This document shows positions 30,483 through 39,096 of a DNA stretch of 64,000 nucleotides, in pieces (position 1 is the first letter of the stretch; the number at the start of each line of letters is the position of its first letter). Under the pieces are notes generated by a model. It had not been told where the DNA came from. It did not search any database and saw only the letters and a list, made by a program, of their open reading frames with translations. The position numbers were made by a program, and so were the translations under genes. The DNA lies in the NCBI GenBank assembly GCA_944381175.1, contig CALWKD010000004.1, forward strand, positions 154,192 to 218,191. The letters are read 5' to 3'. The stretch comes from an uncultured Clostridia bacterium (GTDB taxonomy: Bacteria; Bacillota; Clostridia; Christensenellales; UBA1242).

Positions 30483-30537
30483 GTAAAGCGAAAATACTTT
30501 ACATAGTTGTGAAGTAAATTTAATAAAGGAGAAGAAA

Positions 30538-30795
30538 ATGGCTGTAAAAATTAGACTTACAAGAATGGGAGATAAGAAATCACCTTTCTACAGAGTTGTT
30601 GTTGCTGATTCAAAGAGCCCAAGAGACGGAAAATACATCGACTTGCTCGGCACTTACAATCCTTTGACAGACCCAGCAGAAATCAAAATTGATGTTGAAA
30701 AAGCACAAAAATGGCTCAAAAATGGTGCAACTCCAACAGAAACCGCAAAATCAATTTTGGTTAAGAGTGGCGCAATCAACACAGAAAACAAATAA
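30538..30795 (+). CDS. rpsP: 30S ribosomal protein S16
   Basis: [31 protein letters not shown]. Confidence 0.95.
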   Translation: MAVKIRLTRMGDKKSPFYRVVVADSKSPRDGKYIDLLGTYNPLTDPAEIKIDVEKAQKWLKNGATPTETAKSILVKSGAINTENK

Positions 30796-30806
30796 GGAGA
30801 AAAACT

Positions 30807-31037
30807 ATGGACGAATTGTTGGCGTTTCTTGTTAAGGCGCTTGTTGAGAAAGAGGATGAGGTTGCAGTAAGCAAGGATGAGGATGAAAAATCAATCACTT
30901 ACAAAGTGAAAGTTGCTTCTTCTGACCTTGGAAAAGTGATCGGCAAAAACGGAAAGACCGCAACAAGTATCAGAACAGTTATGAAATCAATCGGTGCAAA
31001 AACTCACAAGAAAGTTTTTGTGAAATTTGAGGATTAG
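30807..31037 (+). CDS. khpA: KH-domain RNA-binding protein (UPF0109/KhpA)
   Basis: VIGKNGKTATSIRTV (GxxG KH loop). Sits in the rpsP-rimM position. Confidence 0.85.
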   Translation: MDELLAFLVKALVEKEDEVAVSKDEDEKSITYKVKVASSDLGKVIGKNGKTATSIRTVMKSIGAKTHKKVFVKFED

Positions 31038-31038
31038 T

Positions 31039-31536
31039 ATGGAGTTTGTTTGCGTAGGCAAAATCATAAAACCGCAGGGCATAAAAGGGGAGGTTAAAAT
31101 TTTTCCTTCAATTGATATCCCTGCGATTTTTAATGGAAAGCATCCTCTTTACATCGAGAAAAGACCAAGTCCTTACACAACTGCGACTTTCAGACTTGGG
31201 TATGCTTATGTCAAGTTTGACGAGATAACAGATCGAAATGTCGCCGAGAAATATCGAAATAAATTTGTCTACATCACAAAGGAAGAGTTTGCAAATATCA
31301 CGACCGACGACTTTTTGATTGAAGACCTAATCGGAACTGTGATCTATGACGAAAATGGCGGACTTGTGGGGCAGATTATGGGCGTGACCGACTATGGTTT
31401 CGACGACATTTTGATAATCAAAGAAGAGGGGAGGCTCTATGAAGTGCCGTTCCGAAAAGAGATTTTCAAAAACACAAACGGCACTCTGACGGTTTTGAGA
31501 AAAGAATATGAAGGCGCAAAAGTGGGTCAAGAATGA
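31039..31536 (+). CDS. rimM: 16S rRNA processing protein RimM
   Basis: VGKIIKPQGIKGEVK with a PRC barrel. ATG 31039 lies just after the khpA stop. Confidence 0.9.
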   Translation: MEFVCVGKIIKPQGIKGEVKIFPSIDIPAIFNGKHPLYIEKRPSPYTTATFRLGYAYVKFDEITDRNVAEKYRNKFVYITKEEFANITTDDFLIEDLIGTVIYDENGGLVGQIMGVTDYGFDDILIIKEEGRLYEVPFRKEIFKNTNGTLTVLRKEYEGAKVGQE

Positions 31537-32201
31537 TGAAAATTGACATTTTGACGTTGTTTCCAGAGGCTTTCGCTCCACTAAAGATCAGCATTTTGGC
31601 TAGAGCAGAGGAGAGTGGACTTCTTGAAATAAACCTAATCAACATTCGAGATTTTTCAAAGGATAAACACAAAAAGTGCGACGATTATCCTTTTGGTGGT
31701 GGGGCAGGTATGCTTATGACTGTCCAGCCACTTTTTGACGCAATAAATTCTGTGTATAACAAAGATGCAAAAATTATCTTTCCTTCACCAATTGGAAAGA
31801 CTTTCACCGCAAAAAAGTCGGAAGAGCTCTCAAAATATGACCATCTAATTTTTGTTTGTGGGCATTATGAGGGAGTCGACGAGCGAATTTTTGAACTTTT
31901 CGACATCGAGCAAATCTCAATCGGAGATTATGTTTTGACGGGTGGTGAACTTCCTTCGATGGTGATAATCGACAGCCTCGCAAGGTTTGTTGATGGAGTG
32001 ATTTCAAAGGAGAGTTTGGAGAGTGAGAGTTTTTCAAACGGACTTTTGGAATATCCGCAATACACAAGACCGCAAACATTTCAAGGTCTATCTGTGCCTG
32101 AAGTGCTTGTCTCTGGAAATCATCAAGAAGTTGAGAAATGGAGAAAAGAGCAGAGTCTGAAAAGGACAAAAGAACTCAGAAGTGATTTGCTTGAAGATTG
32201 A
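31533..32201 (+). CDS. trmD: tRNA (guanine37-N1)-methyltransferase
   Basis: DILTLFPE, DDYPFGGGAGM, CGHYEGVDER, IGDYVLTGGE. Confidence 0.95.
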   Translation: MMKIDILTLFPEAFAPLKISILARAEESGLLEINLINIRDFSKDKHKKCDDYPFGGGAGMLMTVQPLFDAINSVYNKDAKIIFPSPIGKTFTAKKSEELSKYDHLIFVCGHYEGVDERIFELFDIEQISIGDYVLTGGELPSMVIIDSLARFVDGVISKESLESESFSNGLLEYPQYTRPQTFQGLSVPEVLVSGNHQEVEKWRKEQSLKRTKELRSDLLED

Positions 32202-32254
32202 ATAATACACAATATAAATGGTGGTATGTAATGCATAATACACAATATGTGGGG
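32198..32254 (+). repeat. composite box element, locus A (boxes TTGAATAATACAC / GGTGGTATGTA inverted / ATGCATAATACAC)
   Basis: Direct and inverted copies of a 13-bp box. It starts inside the trmD stop codon and fills the trmD-rbgA spacer. Related copies lie at 49979-50045 and 43965-43998. Confidence 0.7.
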
Positions 32255-32260
32255 TAAAAT

Positions 32261-33073
32261 ATGAAAATTAACTGGTTTCCAGGACATATGAATAAAGCAC
32301 TCAAAGATATAAGTGAACATCTCAAAAAGGTCGATGTTGTCACTTATATTCTCGATGCACGCATACCAATCTCTTCAATCAACCCAAGTTTAAATTCGCT
32401 TATCGGAAACAAACCTGTGCTTTATGTCTTAAACAAGATTGATATGGCGGACGAGGTACGCATAAAAGAGTTGTTGCCCAAGTTCAAAAGCGAAAATTCT
32501 GATTGTATCCTTTTTAACAGCACGCTTTCTGGAAAATCTGATTTGATTGTGAACAAAATCAAAAAACTTGCCTCAAAAAAAATTGAAAAATACAAGGCAA
32601 AAGGCATTAAGGCGACCATAAGGACGATGATTGTTGGCATTCCAAATTGTGGAAAAAGCACTTTGGTGAACAATTTAAGCAAAAAGGCACGTGCAATCAC
32701 TGGAAACAAGGCGGGTGTGACGAAGAAAGGACTTTGGCTTCCTATTGGAGATTGCATTGAGGTTTATGACACGCCAGGGACACTTTATCCAAACATTTCC
32801 GACCAAGAAGTTGCGAAAAAACTTGCTTATGTCGGCAGTGTAAGAGATGAAGTGCTTGATTTTTTTGAGTTGGCAGGTGAACTTCTTAAGACATTGCAAG
32901 AAAAATATCCGAATTTAATTGAGAAACGTTTTGGAAGTTGCAAATCTATAGAAGAAATCGCAATTTCGAGAAAATATGTCACGAGTGGTGGCGAGGTTGA
33001 CTTGGAGCGAACGGCAAGGATGATTGTCGACGACTTCAGAAAAGGAAGAATCGGAAAAATTACACTTGATTAA
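32261..33073 (+). CDS. rbgA: ribosome biogenesis GTPase A (YlqF)
   Basis: Circularly permuted GTPase: DARIP, LNKIDM, GIPNCGKST, DTPG. Confidence 0.9.
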   Translation: MKINWFPGHMNKALKDISEHLKKVDVVTYILDARIPISSINPSLNSLIGNKPVLYVLNKIDMADEVRIKELLPKFKSENSDCILFNSTLSGKSDLIVNKIKKLASKKIEKYKAKGIKATIRTMIVGIPNCGKSTLVNNLSKKARAITGNKAGVTKKGLWLPIGDCIEVYDTPGTLYPNISDQEVAKKLAYVGSVRDEVLDFFELAGELLKTLQEKYPNLIEKRFGSCKSIEEIAISRKYVTSGGEVDLERTARMIVDDFRKGRIGKITLD

Positions 33074-33257
33074 GTTATATTCTCATTACAATAACAAATT
33101 TTCGCTTTCAGCCGAGTTTTCAGAACTTGATTGCCGTGTCAAAATGTTTTGTGTGGCAGAAAGTTTGAAATTTTTTTAAGACGGATGAGCATTTTTAATT
33201 CACATTTGATTCACTCTGGTGAAAGAAAAATTTTGAAAAGATTATGGAGAAAGGAAG

Positions 33258-33620
33258 ATGCCTGTTTTTGAACATAGCAAGAGATTAAACAAAATCAAGG
33301 GAAATTTGGGTGAGGAACTTGCTTCAAATTTTCTGAAGAAAAATAAATATAAGATTTTGGAAAGGAATTATTCAAACAAAATCGGAGAAATCGATATTAT
33401 TGCTGAGAAGAATGGCGTGATTGTCTTTGTGGAAGTTAAAGAGCGGGAGACGCTCACTTTTGGCAGACCTGTTGAGGCGGTGGACGAGCGAAAACAGAAC
33501 AAAATCAGGCGAACCGCAGAAGTTTATTTGATGTCAAAGCGGAAAAATTGGGTGGATGTTCGATTTGATGTCGTTGAAATTTTAGGAGATGAGATAAATC
33601 AGATTGAAAACGCCTTTTGA
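33258..33620 (+). CDS. yraN: YraN family (UPF0102) endonuclease-like protein
   Basis: GEELASNFLKKNKYKILERNY...GEIDIIA...VFVEVKER pattern. Confidence 0.85.
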   Translation: MPVFEHSKRLNKIKGNLGEELASNFLKKNKYKILERNYSNKIGEIDIIAEKNGVIVFVEVKERETLTFGRPVEAVDERKQNKIRRTAEVYLMSKRKNWVDVRFDVVEILGDEINQIENAF

Positions 33621-33760
33621 GCCTCGGCTCTAAACTTGTGATTGGAAGTGCGAAGTGAAGATTTTGCGAGAATTTTGAAAATTTGGGCGGTTTTATGTCG
33701 AAACTTTCAAAGTTTACTTAAAATTATTTAACAAATTAGCAAAAAATTTTGCGAAAATAC

Positions 33761-33790
33761 TTGTTTTTTGTTTAATTTGTATGCTATAAT
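33761..33790 (+). promoter_or_regulatory. sigmaA promoter of rplS
   Basis: TTGTTT (33761-33766), 18-nt spacer, TATAAT (33785-33790). Upstream ATTTTGCGAAAATAC and core TTTGTATGCTATAAT are shared with the rpsP promoter. Confidence 0.6.
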
Positions 33791-33876
33791 CAAAAAGACT
33801 TCGGGTGCTCCGCTGAAGTTTCTTGTGAGGACTTTATGAACACTTTGTCGAAAATCTGAAAAAAGGAGATAAGTCA
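33791..33876 (+). promoter_or_regulatory. possible rplS (L19) leader
   Basis: 86-nt 5' UTR with hairpin ACTTCGG...CTGAAGT. L19 leader RNAs are known upstream of rplS in Firmicutes, but no covariance model was run. Confidence 0.3.
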
Positions 33877-34227
33877 ATGGCTAATATTATTGATCAACTT
33901 GAAAAAGAAGCAATGAAAGATAATGTCCCTGAATTTAGCGTCGGTGACACTGTTAAGGTTGTTGTTAAGATTGCTGAAGGCGATAAGGAAAGATTGCAGG
34001 CTTTTGAGGGTGTGGTTATTGCCAGAAAAAATGGTGGAATTAGAGAAACTTTCACTGTAAGAAAAATTTCTTATGGCGTTGGAGTTGAGAAAACTTTCCC
34101 TGTTCATTCACCAAAAATTGCTTCAATTGAAGTGGTTAGAAAAGGAAAACCAAGAAGAGCAAAACTCTATTATGTTAGAGACCTTACTGGCAAGGCTGCA
34201 AAAGTTAAATCTGCAGACAATAAATAA
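33877..34227 (+). CDS. rplS: 50S ribosomal protein L19
   Basis: [35 protein letters not shown]...FTVRK. Confidence 0.95.
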   Translation: MANIIDQLEKEAMKDNVPEFSVGDTVKVVVKIAEGDKERLQAFEGVVIARKNGGIRETFTVRKISYGVGVEKTFPVHSPKIASIEVVRKGKPRRAKLYYVRDLTGKAAKVKSADNK

Positions 34228-34236
34228 ATTGTTTTT

Positions 34237-34272
34237 GGGAAGCATAGAATATTTTGCTTCCTTTGTTTTTTT
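34237..34272 (+). terminator. terminator after rplS
   Basis: GGAAGCA pairs with TGCTTCC, followed by TTTGTTTTTTT. Confidence 0.75.
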
Positions 34273-34289
34273 GTGAAGCGAGGTTTTGA

Positions 34290-34808
34290 ATGGAATTTAT
34301 CGATTTATACGATGCCGACAGAAATGTGAAAATTGAACATTTTCCGAGAGGTGAAAAGTTTGAAAATGGGCTGTTTAACGCGGTTGTGCATATCTGCCTA
34401 TTCAACTCAGAGGGCAAAATGCTCATACAGCAACGACACAAAAGCAAGAAAAATTTCCCTGAGGTTTGGGATTTGAGCCTGGGAGGTGGTGTGCAGTCTG
34501 GCGAGACACCAAGAGATGCTTGCAAGCGAGAACTTCTGGAAGAACTTGGCATTTTGCACGACTTTTCAAACGAAAGACCGCTTTTAACCTTCAACTTTCA
34601 AACGGGTTTTGATGATTATTTCGCAATCGAAAAAGATGTCGATTTGAAAGATGTCAAATTTGTTGACGGAGAAGTTCAAAATGTTTCGTGGGCAAGCGAA
34701 GAGGAAATTTTGGAGTTGATTGCGAGTGGGAAGTTTATAAATTATTATCCATCGCTCATCAAGTTTATTTTTGACACAAGAAAATCTCGAAACGCCTTCA
34801 AAATCTAA
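34290..34808 (+). CDS. NUDIX hydrolase
   Basis: Nudix box GGGVQSGETPRDACKRELLEELG. Confidence 0.85.
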   Translation: MEFIDLYDADRNVKIEHFPRGEKFENGLFNAVVHICLFNSEGKMLIQQRHKSKKNFPEVWDLSLGGGVQSGETPRDACKRELLEELGILHDFSNERPLLTFNFQTGFDDYFAIEKDVDLKDVKFVDGEVQNVSWASEEEILELIASGKFINYYPSLIKFIFDTRKSRNAFKI

Positions 34809-34924
34809 TGTCGCACAACTATTTGAAAGTTTTTAGACAAAATTTTAAATTATATATAAAAATTTGTTGACGCGACAACAAAAAATGTGTTAAAATACGC
34901 ATAGTTTAACAAAAGGAGGAGAAA

Positions 34925-35431
34925 ATGAAACCTGAAAGTATGAAAAAGACAATACTTCACGGCGTTACATTGGTGCTTGGCGTTCTTGTTCTTGGGTTCT
35001 TGGCATTGCCATACTTTGCTGGAAAAGAAATTCAAGGTCTTGGTTCTGTTCCATCTCAAACTGGCTATGACCTCTTGGATTTCAGCAATGTAACAAGCGA
35101 TTCGCCAGTATTTAGTGCAGTTTCAACATTGCTTCTTGTAATTGCCGCTTGCGTAGTTGTGCTTTCTGCAATCTTGGCTCTTTTGAATGATTTCAATCTT
35201 ATCAAGAACGAAACTTTCAAGAAGGTTGTAAACTTGACTCTGCTTGTTTCAGCAGTTTTAGTTACAATCTTTGCAATCCTTAATATGATTGCTTGCCCAA
35301 CATACATTTCAGACCAAGTTGGTATGGACACTAAGTTCACTGCTGGCTGGGCTGGACTTGTGTTGAACTTGGTTTGCGGACTTGGTGCAACTGCAGCAGT
35401 AGTTCTTGCAAGAGACAAAAAGCAAAACTAA
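34925..35431 (+). CDS. hypothetical membrane protein, 168 aa
   Basis: Four to five TM helices. AAAGGAGGAG SD. Promoter TTGACG-18-TAAAAT upstream. Confidence 0.6.
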   Translation: MKPESMKKTILHGVTLVLGVLVLGFLALPYFAGKEIQGLGSVPSQTGYDLLDFSNVTSDSPVFSAVSTLLLVIAACVVVLSAILALLNDFNLIKNETFKKVVNLTLLVSAVLVTIFAILNMIACPTYISDQVGMDTKFTAGWAGLVLNLVCGLGATAAVVLARDKKQN

Positions 35432-35440
35432 TATATGAGA

Positions 35441-35473
35441 AAAAATAAGCACAAATCTTGTGCTTATTTTTTT
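35441..35473. terminator. bidirectional terminator
   Basis: TAAGCACA pairs with TGTGCTTA, flanked by an A-run and a T-run. Lies between convergent genes. Confidence 0.75.
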
Positions 35474-35604
35474 GTTGCTAAAAAGAGGGGAACAAGCAAA
35501 AGGTGGGCGGGGAGATTTTTGAAAGTTTCAACCTCTTTGGAAGAAGCAAAATTCAGTTTGGTGGGAATAAATTTGGGCGGACAAAACTCGAAAAGGGTTG
35601 CGAT

Positions 35605-36264
35605 TTATGGCAGCCTGAGTTTTGCAAGTTCTTCTTTTTTTGGCTTGTCAACTCGAAAACTTTCGATTGCTTTGGAGATTGCCTTGTTTCGAGTGAATTT
35701 GTCAGTGGACTCTTCAATTTGTTTCTTTGCACGAGCAAAATCGTGGGTGCAGAGTTCGGCATAAAACCAAGCAACCGCCATTTTGACATAATAATCATTT
35801 TGCCTTATGTCTTTGATTTGGGTGAGAATCTCGTCAAGTTTCTCCGTTTTCATAAAATTCCGCATCAAAAGCACGACTGCCACTCTGACATAAAACTCTC
35901 GGTCGTCTTTGAGAAGTTCCGTCAAAAATTGATATGATTTTTCTCCAGTCAGGCGTTTGAGTGAGGTCGAAACACCATCACTGGTTGCCCAATTGTCGAT
36001 GTATGGAAGCACATTTTCCAGGTATTCAAGTTGTTTGTCTTCACTTTTTATCATTCCAGCGGAAAAAGCATACAACAAAATTTCCTCGTGAGTTGGATTT
36101 TCCTCCATTTCGACGTATTCAGGCTCAATCATTTTTGCAAATTTTCGCAAGGTGGGAGTCCTAACTCCAGCAATTTGATATTTGGTGGTTATGAATTTTC
36201 TACTGAACTCGGCATATGAAATATCGCTGTTTTCTTTGATAAATTTCTTAATGTTAATCATCAA
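35605..36264 (-). CDS. DNA alkylation repair protein (AlkC/AlkD-like HEAT repeats)
   Basis: 219-aa all-helical protein with GVRTPTLRKFAK...DNWATSDG...YYVKMAVAW, resembling the PF08713 family. Confidence 0.6.
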   Translation of the reverse strand: MMINIKKFIKENSDISYAEFSRKFITTKYQIAGVRTPTLRKFAKMIEPEYVEMEENPTHEEILLYAFSAGMIKSEDKQLEYLENVLPYIDNWATSDGVSTSLKRLTGEKSYQFLTELLKDDREFYVRVAVVLLMRNFMKTEKLDEILTQIKDIRQNDYYVKMAVAWFYAELCTHDFARAKKQIEESTDKFTRNKAISKAIESFRVDKPKKEELAKLRLP

Positions 36265-36322
36265 AACCTCTTATTATTTTGTTTTTATCATTTTTCACTT
36301 GAAACGAGGGGGAAATGGGAAT

Positions 36323-38440
36323 TTACTCTCTTCGGAGCGACTCAACAGGGTCAAGTTTTGCCGCTTTGCTTGCAGGATAGAGTCCAGAAAGCATACTTAT
36401 CACGATTGAAACTCCCATTGCAACGAAGAAATACCACCACCTATATGAAATTGGAACGATTCCTAATGTTGTCTTAAGCACAATCCATACGATAAAAGTC
36501 AAAATTAGATTGAATATGATTCCAAAAACTCCGCTCAAAACTCCTACAAGGAAACTTTCGGAAGTGAAAATTCGTTTGATATCTTTTCTTCTTGCACCGA
36601 TTGATTTGAGAACGCCGATTTCTTTAGTTCGCTCGGAGACGCTCATATAAAGCACAACCAATATCATCATTGCAGACACAAGCAGTGAGATGCAAGAGAT
36701 AATTGTCAAAGAAGTTCCGATTGTGCTTGACATACTTGAGAACATCCCAGCAAGTTGGTCCTCAATCGAGCCAGAATATTTTGAATCAGGCGAGGAGAGA
36801 AAGGAGTTTATTTCGTTTGTGATTTCCTCAGAGCCTGTGTTGATATAAACGGTGGTTGGGGCAAACAGCCCTTGAGCACCTGGAGTGTTTTCAAACAACG
36901 CCCTAAGATAGTCATAGTCGATGTATGCAATCAAATATCCAGACATAACCGAACTGTCCATAATTCCGCAAATGGTGTCTGTGAAAGTGAATTTTGTTTC
37001 GTCTGGCAGTTCAATGGTGATTGTCACTTCCTTTCCGATTGGAGATTCGTCTAGGAAAAGGCTGTAAATTGATTTTGTGAACATAAATCCGCCTTTTTTG
37101 ACGATTTCGCCTGAAGAATTTAATTCAGGCGGGGTGCTAAGCGAGCCTTCAATGACATTTTTGTCGCTGTAATATGGCGGAATTGAGTATAGATAATAAA
37201 CTTGTTTTTTGTTCTCAAGGTCGAAAGTGTCCGCAACTGACGCTTCTGGCAAAGTCATCGTCATAAGGCTGAAACCGAAACTCGTGGAGTTTTCGTCCAC
37301 GACAAAATCAATATTTTTTTCTTCCAAATAAGCGTTTACATCGGAATAAAGAGTTTGAATTTCTTCATCGGTGAATTTGTTTTTTTCAAAGTTTAACACA
37401 TCGGAAATGGACTCAGATTTTTTGGTTACGGTCACGATTTCAGGGTCGGAATAAGATTTCATTGTGTTGTTTATGTAGTCTATGATTCCAGAACTAAAAC
37501 TCATCATCAAAATCAAACTTCCAATTCCAATGGCGACACCAAACGCCATCAAGAAATTTTTGACTCTGCTTGCCCACATATTGTGCGTGGAGAGTTTTAT
37601 TGCAGAGATGAGCGAGAGATTTTGTTTATCCTTTTTCAAAGAAATCTGCTTTGATTTCGTGTCAACTTTTTTTGAATCGGTGCCAGTTTTTTCAGATTTT
37701 TTCTCTTCTTTCGGCTCTTCAAATTCATTTTTGACTTGCATTTTGACGTAATTTTCATTGATTGTGTCGGAGACAATTCTTCCGTCGGAAATTTCCACAA
37801 CTCTTGATGAAATTGAAGCCACCTTTTCAGAGTGGGTGACCATAATGACAAGTTTTCCGCTGTCAGCAATCTCTTTAAGAATCTCAAGAATTTGCATTGA
37901 TGTGGCACTGTCAAGAGCACCAGTTGGTTCATCCGCAATGATGATTTCTGGGTCGTTTATGAGCGCTCTTGCAATGGCAACTCTTTGTTTTTGCCCACCA
38001 GAGAGTTGGGTTGGTTTTTTCTTGAGTTGCTTTTCAAGCCCAACCTTTCTGAGCATTTCCGTCGCTCTTTGCACCTTCTCTTTTTCGCTTACATTGGAGA
38101 GAGTGAGGGCGAGGGTGACATTGTCGAGAATTGAGAGGTGCGAGATGAGATTGAAGGACTGAAAAACAAAACCGACTTTGTTTTTTCGGTATTTATCAAG
38201 TTCTTTTTCAGTTAGTTTGCTCAGGTTTTCGCCGTCCGCAATAATCTGTCCAGTGAAATCCGAGTCCAAGCCTCCGATAAGATTCATAAGTGTCGATTTT
38301 CCACTTCCGCTTTCGCCGACGATGGAAATAAGTTCTCCGCTGTCAAACTCCACACTTATGTCATATAGTGCTTGAAAGGTTTGTTTGTTGTCAAGTTTGT
38401 ATTTCTTGTTTACGGCAACAAGTTCAAGTTTTTTTGCCAT
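36323..38440 (-). CDS. ABC transporter, fused ATPase + FtsX-type permease (MacB-like)
   Basis: N-terminal GESGSGKST, LSGGQKQR, IIIADEPTGALD. C-terminal 4-TM FtsX domain with a large extracytoplasmic loop. 705 aa. Confidence 0.9.
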   Translation of the reverse strand: MAKKLELVAVNKKYKLDNKQTFQALYDISVEFDSGELISIVGESGSGKSTLMNLIGGLDSDFTGQIIADGENLSKLTEKELDKYRKNKVGFVFQSFNLISHLSILDNVTLALTLSNVSEKEKVQRATEMLRKVGLEKQLKKKPTQLSGGQKQRVAIARALINDPEIIIADEPTGALDSATSMQILEILKEIADSGKLVIMVTHSEKVASISSRVVEISDGRIVSDTINENYVKMQVKNEFEEPKEEKKSEKTGTDSKKVDTKSKQISLKKDKQNLSLISAIKLSTHNMWASRVKNFLMAFGVAIGIGSLILMMSFSSGIIDYINNTMKSYSDPEIVTVTKKSESISDVLNFEKNKFTDEEIQTLYSDVNAYLEEKNIDFVVDENSTSFGFSLMTMTLPEASVADTFDLENKKQVYYLYSIPPYYSDKNVIEGSLSTPPELNSSGEIVKKGGFMFTKSIYSLFLDESPIGKEVTITIELPDETKFTFTDTICGIMDSSVMSGYLIAYIDYDYLRALFENTPGAQGLFAPTTVYINTGSEEITNEINSFLSSPDSKYSGSIEDQLAGMFSSMSSTIGTSLTIISCISLLVSAMMILVVLYMSVSERTKEIGVLKSIGARRKDIKRIFTSESFLVGVLSGVFGIIFNLILTFIVWIVLKTTLGIVPISYRWWYFFVAMGVSIVISMLSGLYPASKAAKLDPVESLRRE

Positions 38441-38452
38441 TTTTTCTCCTCG

Positions 38453-38878
38453 TTAATTTATTAGAGATTCCGAATTTTCATAGATTTGGTGGAAAACTTT
38501 CGTAAAAGTTTCAAGGTCATTTGGATTTATGTTTTCAACAATTTTACTTATGTAAACTTTCGCCAATTTGTCTGCCATTTGAGCATATTTTTTGCCTTTT
38601 TCGGTCAAATTTATTGCAATGTGCGAACTCTTTGAATTGTCCACTTGAATCAAGCCATTTTCTTGCAATTTTGTGACGATTCTGCTTGTGTGAGCCTTGT
38701 TGCAACTTATAAACTCCGACAACTCTTGCTGGGAGTTGAAGTCTTTTGTGGAAAGTGCTTTGAGAAACACAAGATGTCCCACACTGATGTTTTTGTCTTG
38801 GAGTGCTTTCGACATATAAGCGTCGTAGTTCTTTTTCAAACTTATGAATTTTGAAAAATCAAATTTTTCTGTTTTCAT
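38453..38878 (-). CDS. MarR family transcriptional regulator
   Basis: Winged-helix pattern (SVGHLVFLKAL...SQQELSEFISCNKAHTSRIVTKLQENGLI). Start set at MKTEKF; the TTG 38950 extension was rejected. Confidence 0.8.
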   Translation of the reverse strand: MKTEKFDFSKFISLKKNYDAYMSKALQDKNISVGHLVFLKALSTKDFNSQQELSEFISCNKAHTSRIVTKLQENGLIQVDNSKSSHIAINLTEKGKKYAQMADKLAKVYISKIVENINPNDLETFTKVFHQIYENSESLIN

Positions 38879-38904
38879 TTTGGTGTTTTTTTTGGTCCTT
38901 TTAT

Positions 38905-38954
38905 GTTGATAAGTCAACTTTAATATATCATAAGAAGGAAATTTAGTCAACTTT
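38905..38954 (-). promoter_or_regulatory. marR promoter with candidate operator
   Basis: Minus strand: TTGACT (38945-38950), 17-nt spacer, TATATT (38922-27). Palindrome GTTGA-TAAG-TCAAC (38905-38918) sits over the predicted TSS. AGTCAACTTT is repeated at 38912 and 38945. Confidence 0.5.
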
Positions 38955-39016
38955 TTTCAATATCTATATTATAATGGGCGGATGATAAATTTTATTGTGA
39001 TATTTTGAAAAAATTG

Positions 39017-39045
39017 TTGACAATGCACCTTTGTGCGATTAAAAT
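39017..39045 (+). promoter_or_regulatory. sigmaA promoter of the metal-exporter gene
   Basis: TTGACA (39017-39022), 17-nt spacer, TAAAAT (39040-39045). A second TG-n-TATAAT lies near 39070. Confidence 0.55.
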
Positions 39046-39096
39046 GTGTTTGCTTTTGAGAAGTTTTGTGTTATAATACGAAGAAATTGAGGGGTT

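Noticed and set aside
32198-32254. CRISPR array or MITE explanation for the repeated boxes
   Set aside because: There are no regularly spaced direct repeats with unique spacers. The elements are only 34-67 bp, with no terminal inverted repeat plus target-site duplication structure and no cas or transposase genes.
32207-32255. NrdR-box interpretation of the box elements (ACACAATAT... versus consensus acaCwAtATaTwGtgt)
   Set aside because: Individual 16-mers match 13-14 of 16 positions. However, box spacing is 33 bp at locus A and 44 bp at locus B rather than the usual 31-32. Conservation extends beyond the 16-mer. None of the three loci is near a ribonucleotide reductase gene. I keep it only as a minor alternative.
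32234-32260. Apparent sigmaF-type promoter (GCATA-15-GGTAAAATA) just before rbgA
   Set aside because: The -10 would end 2 nt before the ATG, leaving no room for a TSS or SD. GCATA is part of the repeated box, so the match is probably coincidental.
33187-33273. 28-codon small ORF overlapping the yraN start
   Set aside because: It has no SD, overlaps the yraN RBS and start, and has no conservation signal.
35435-35937. 109-aa and 144-aa plus-strand ORFs
   Set aside because: They are antisense to the AlkD-like gene and begin inside the bidirectional terminator, with no supporting signals.
38879-38950. TTG-initiated N-terminal extension of the MarR gene
   Set aside because: It would start inside the gene's own -35 element. 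MarR homologues begin near the MKTEKF position.
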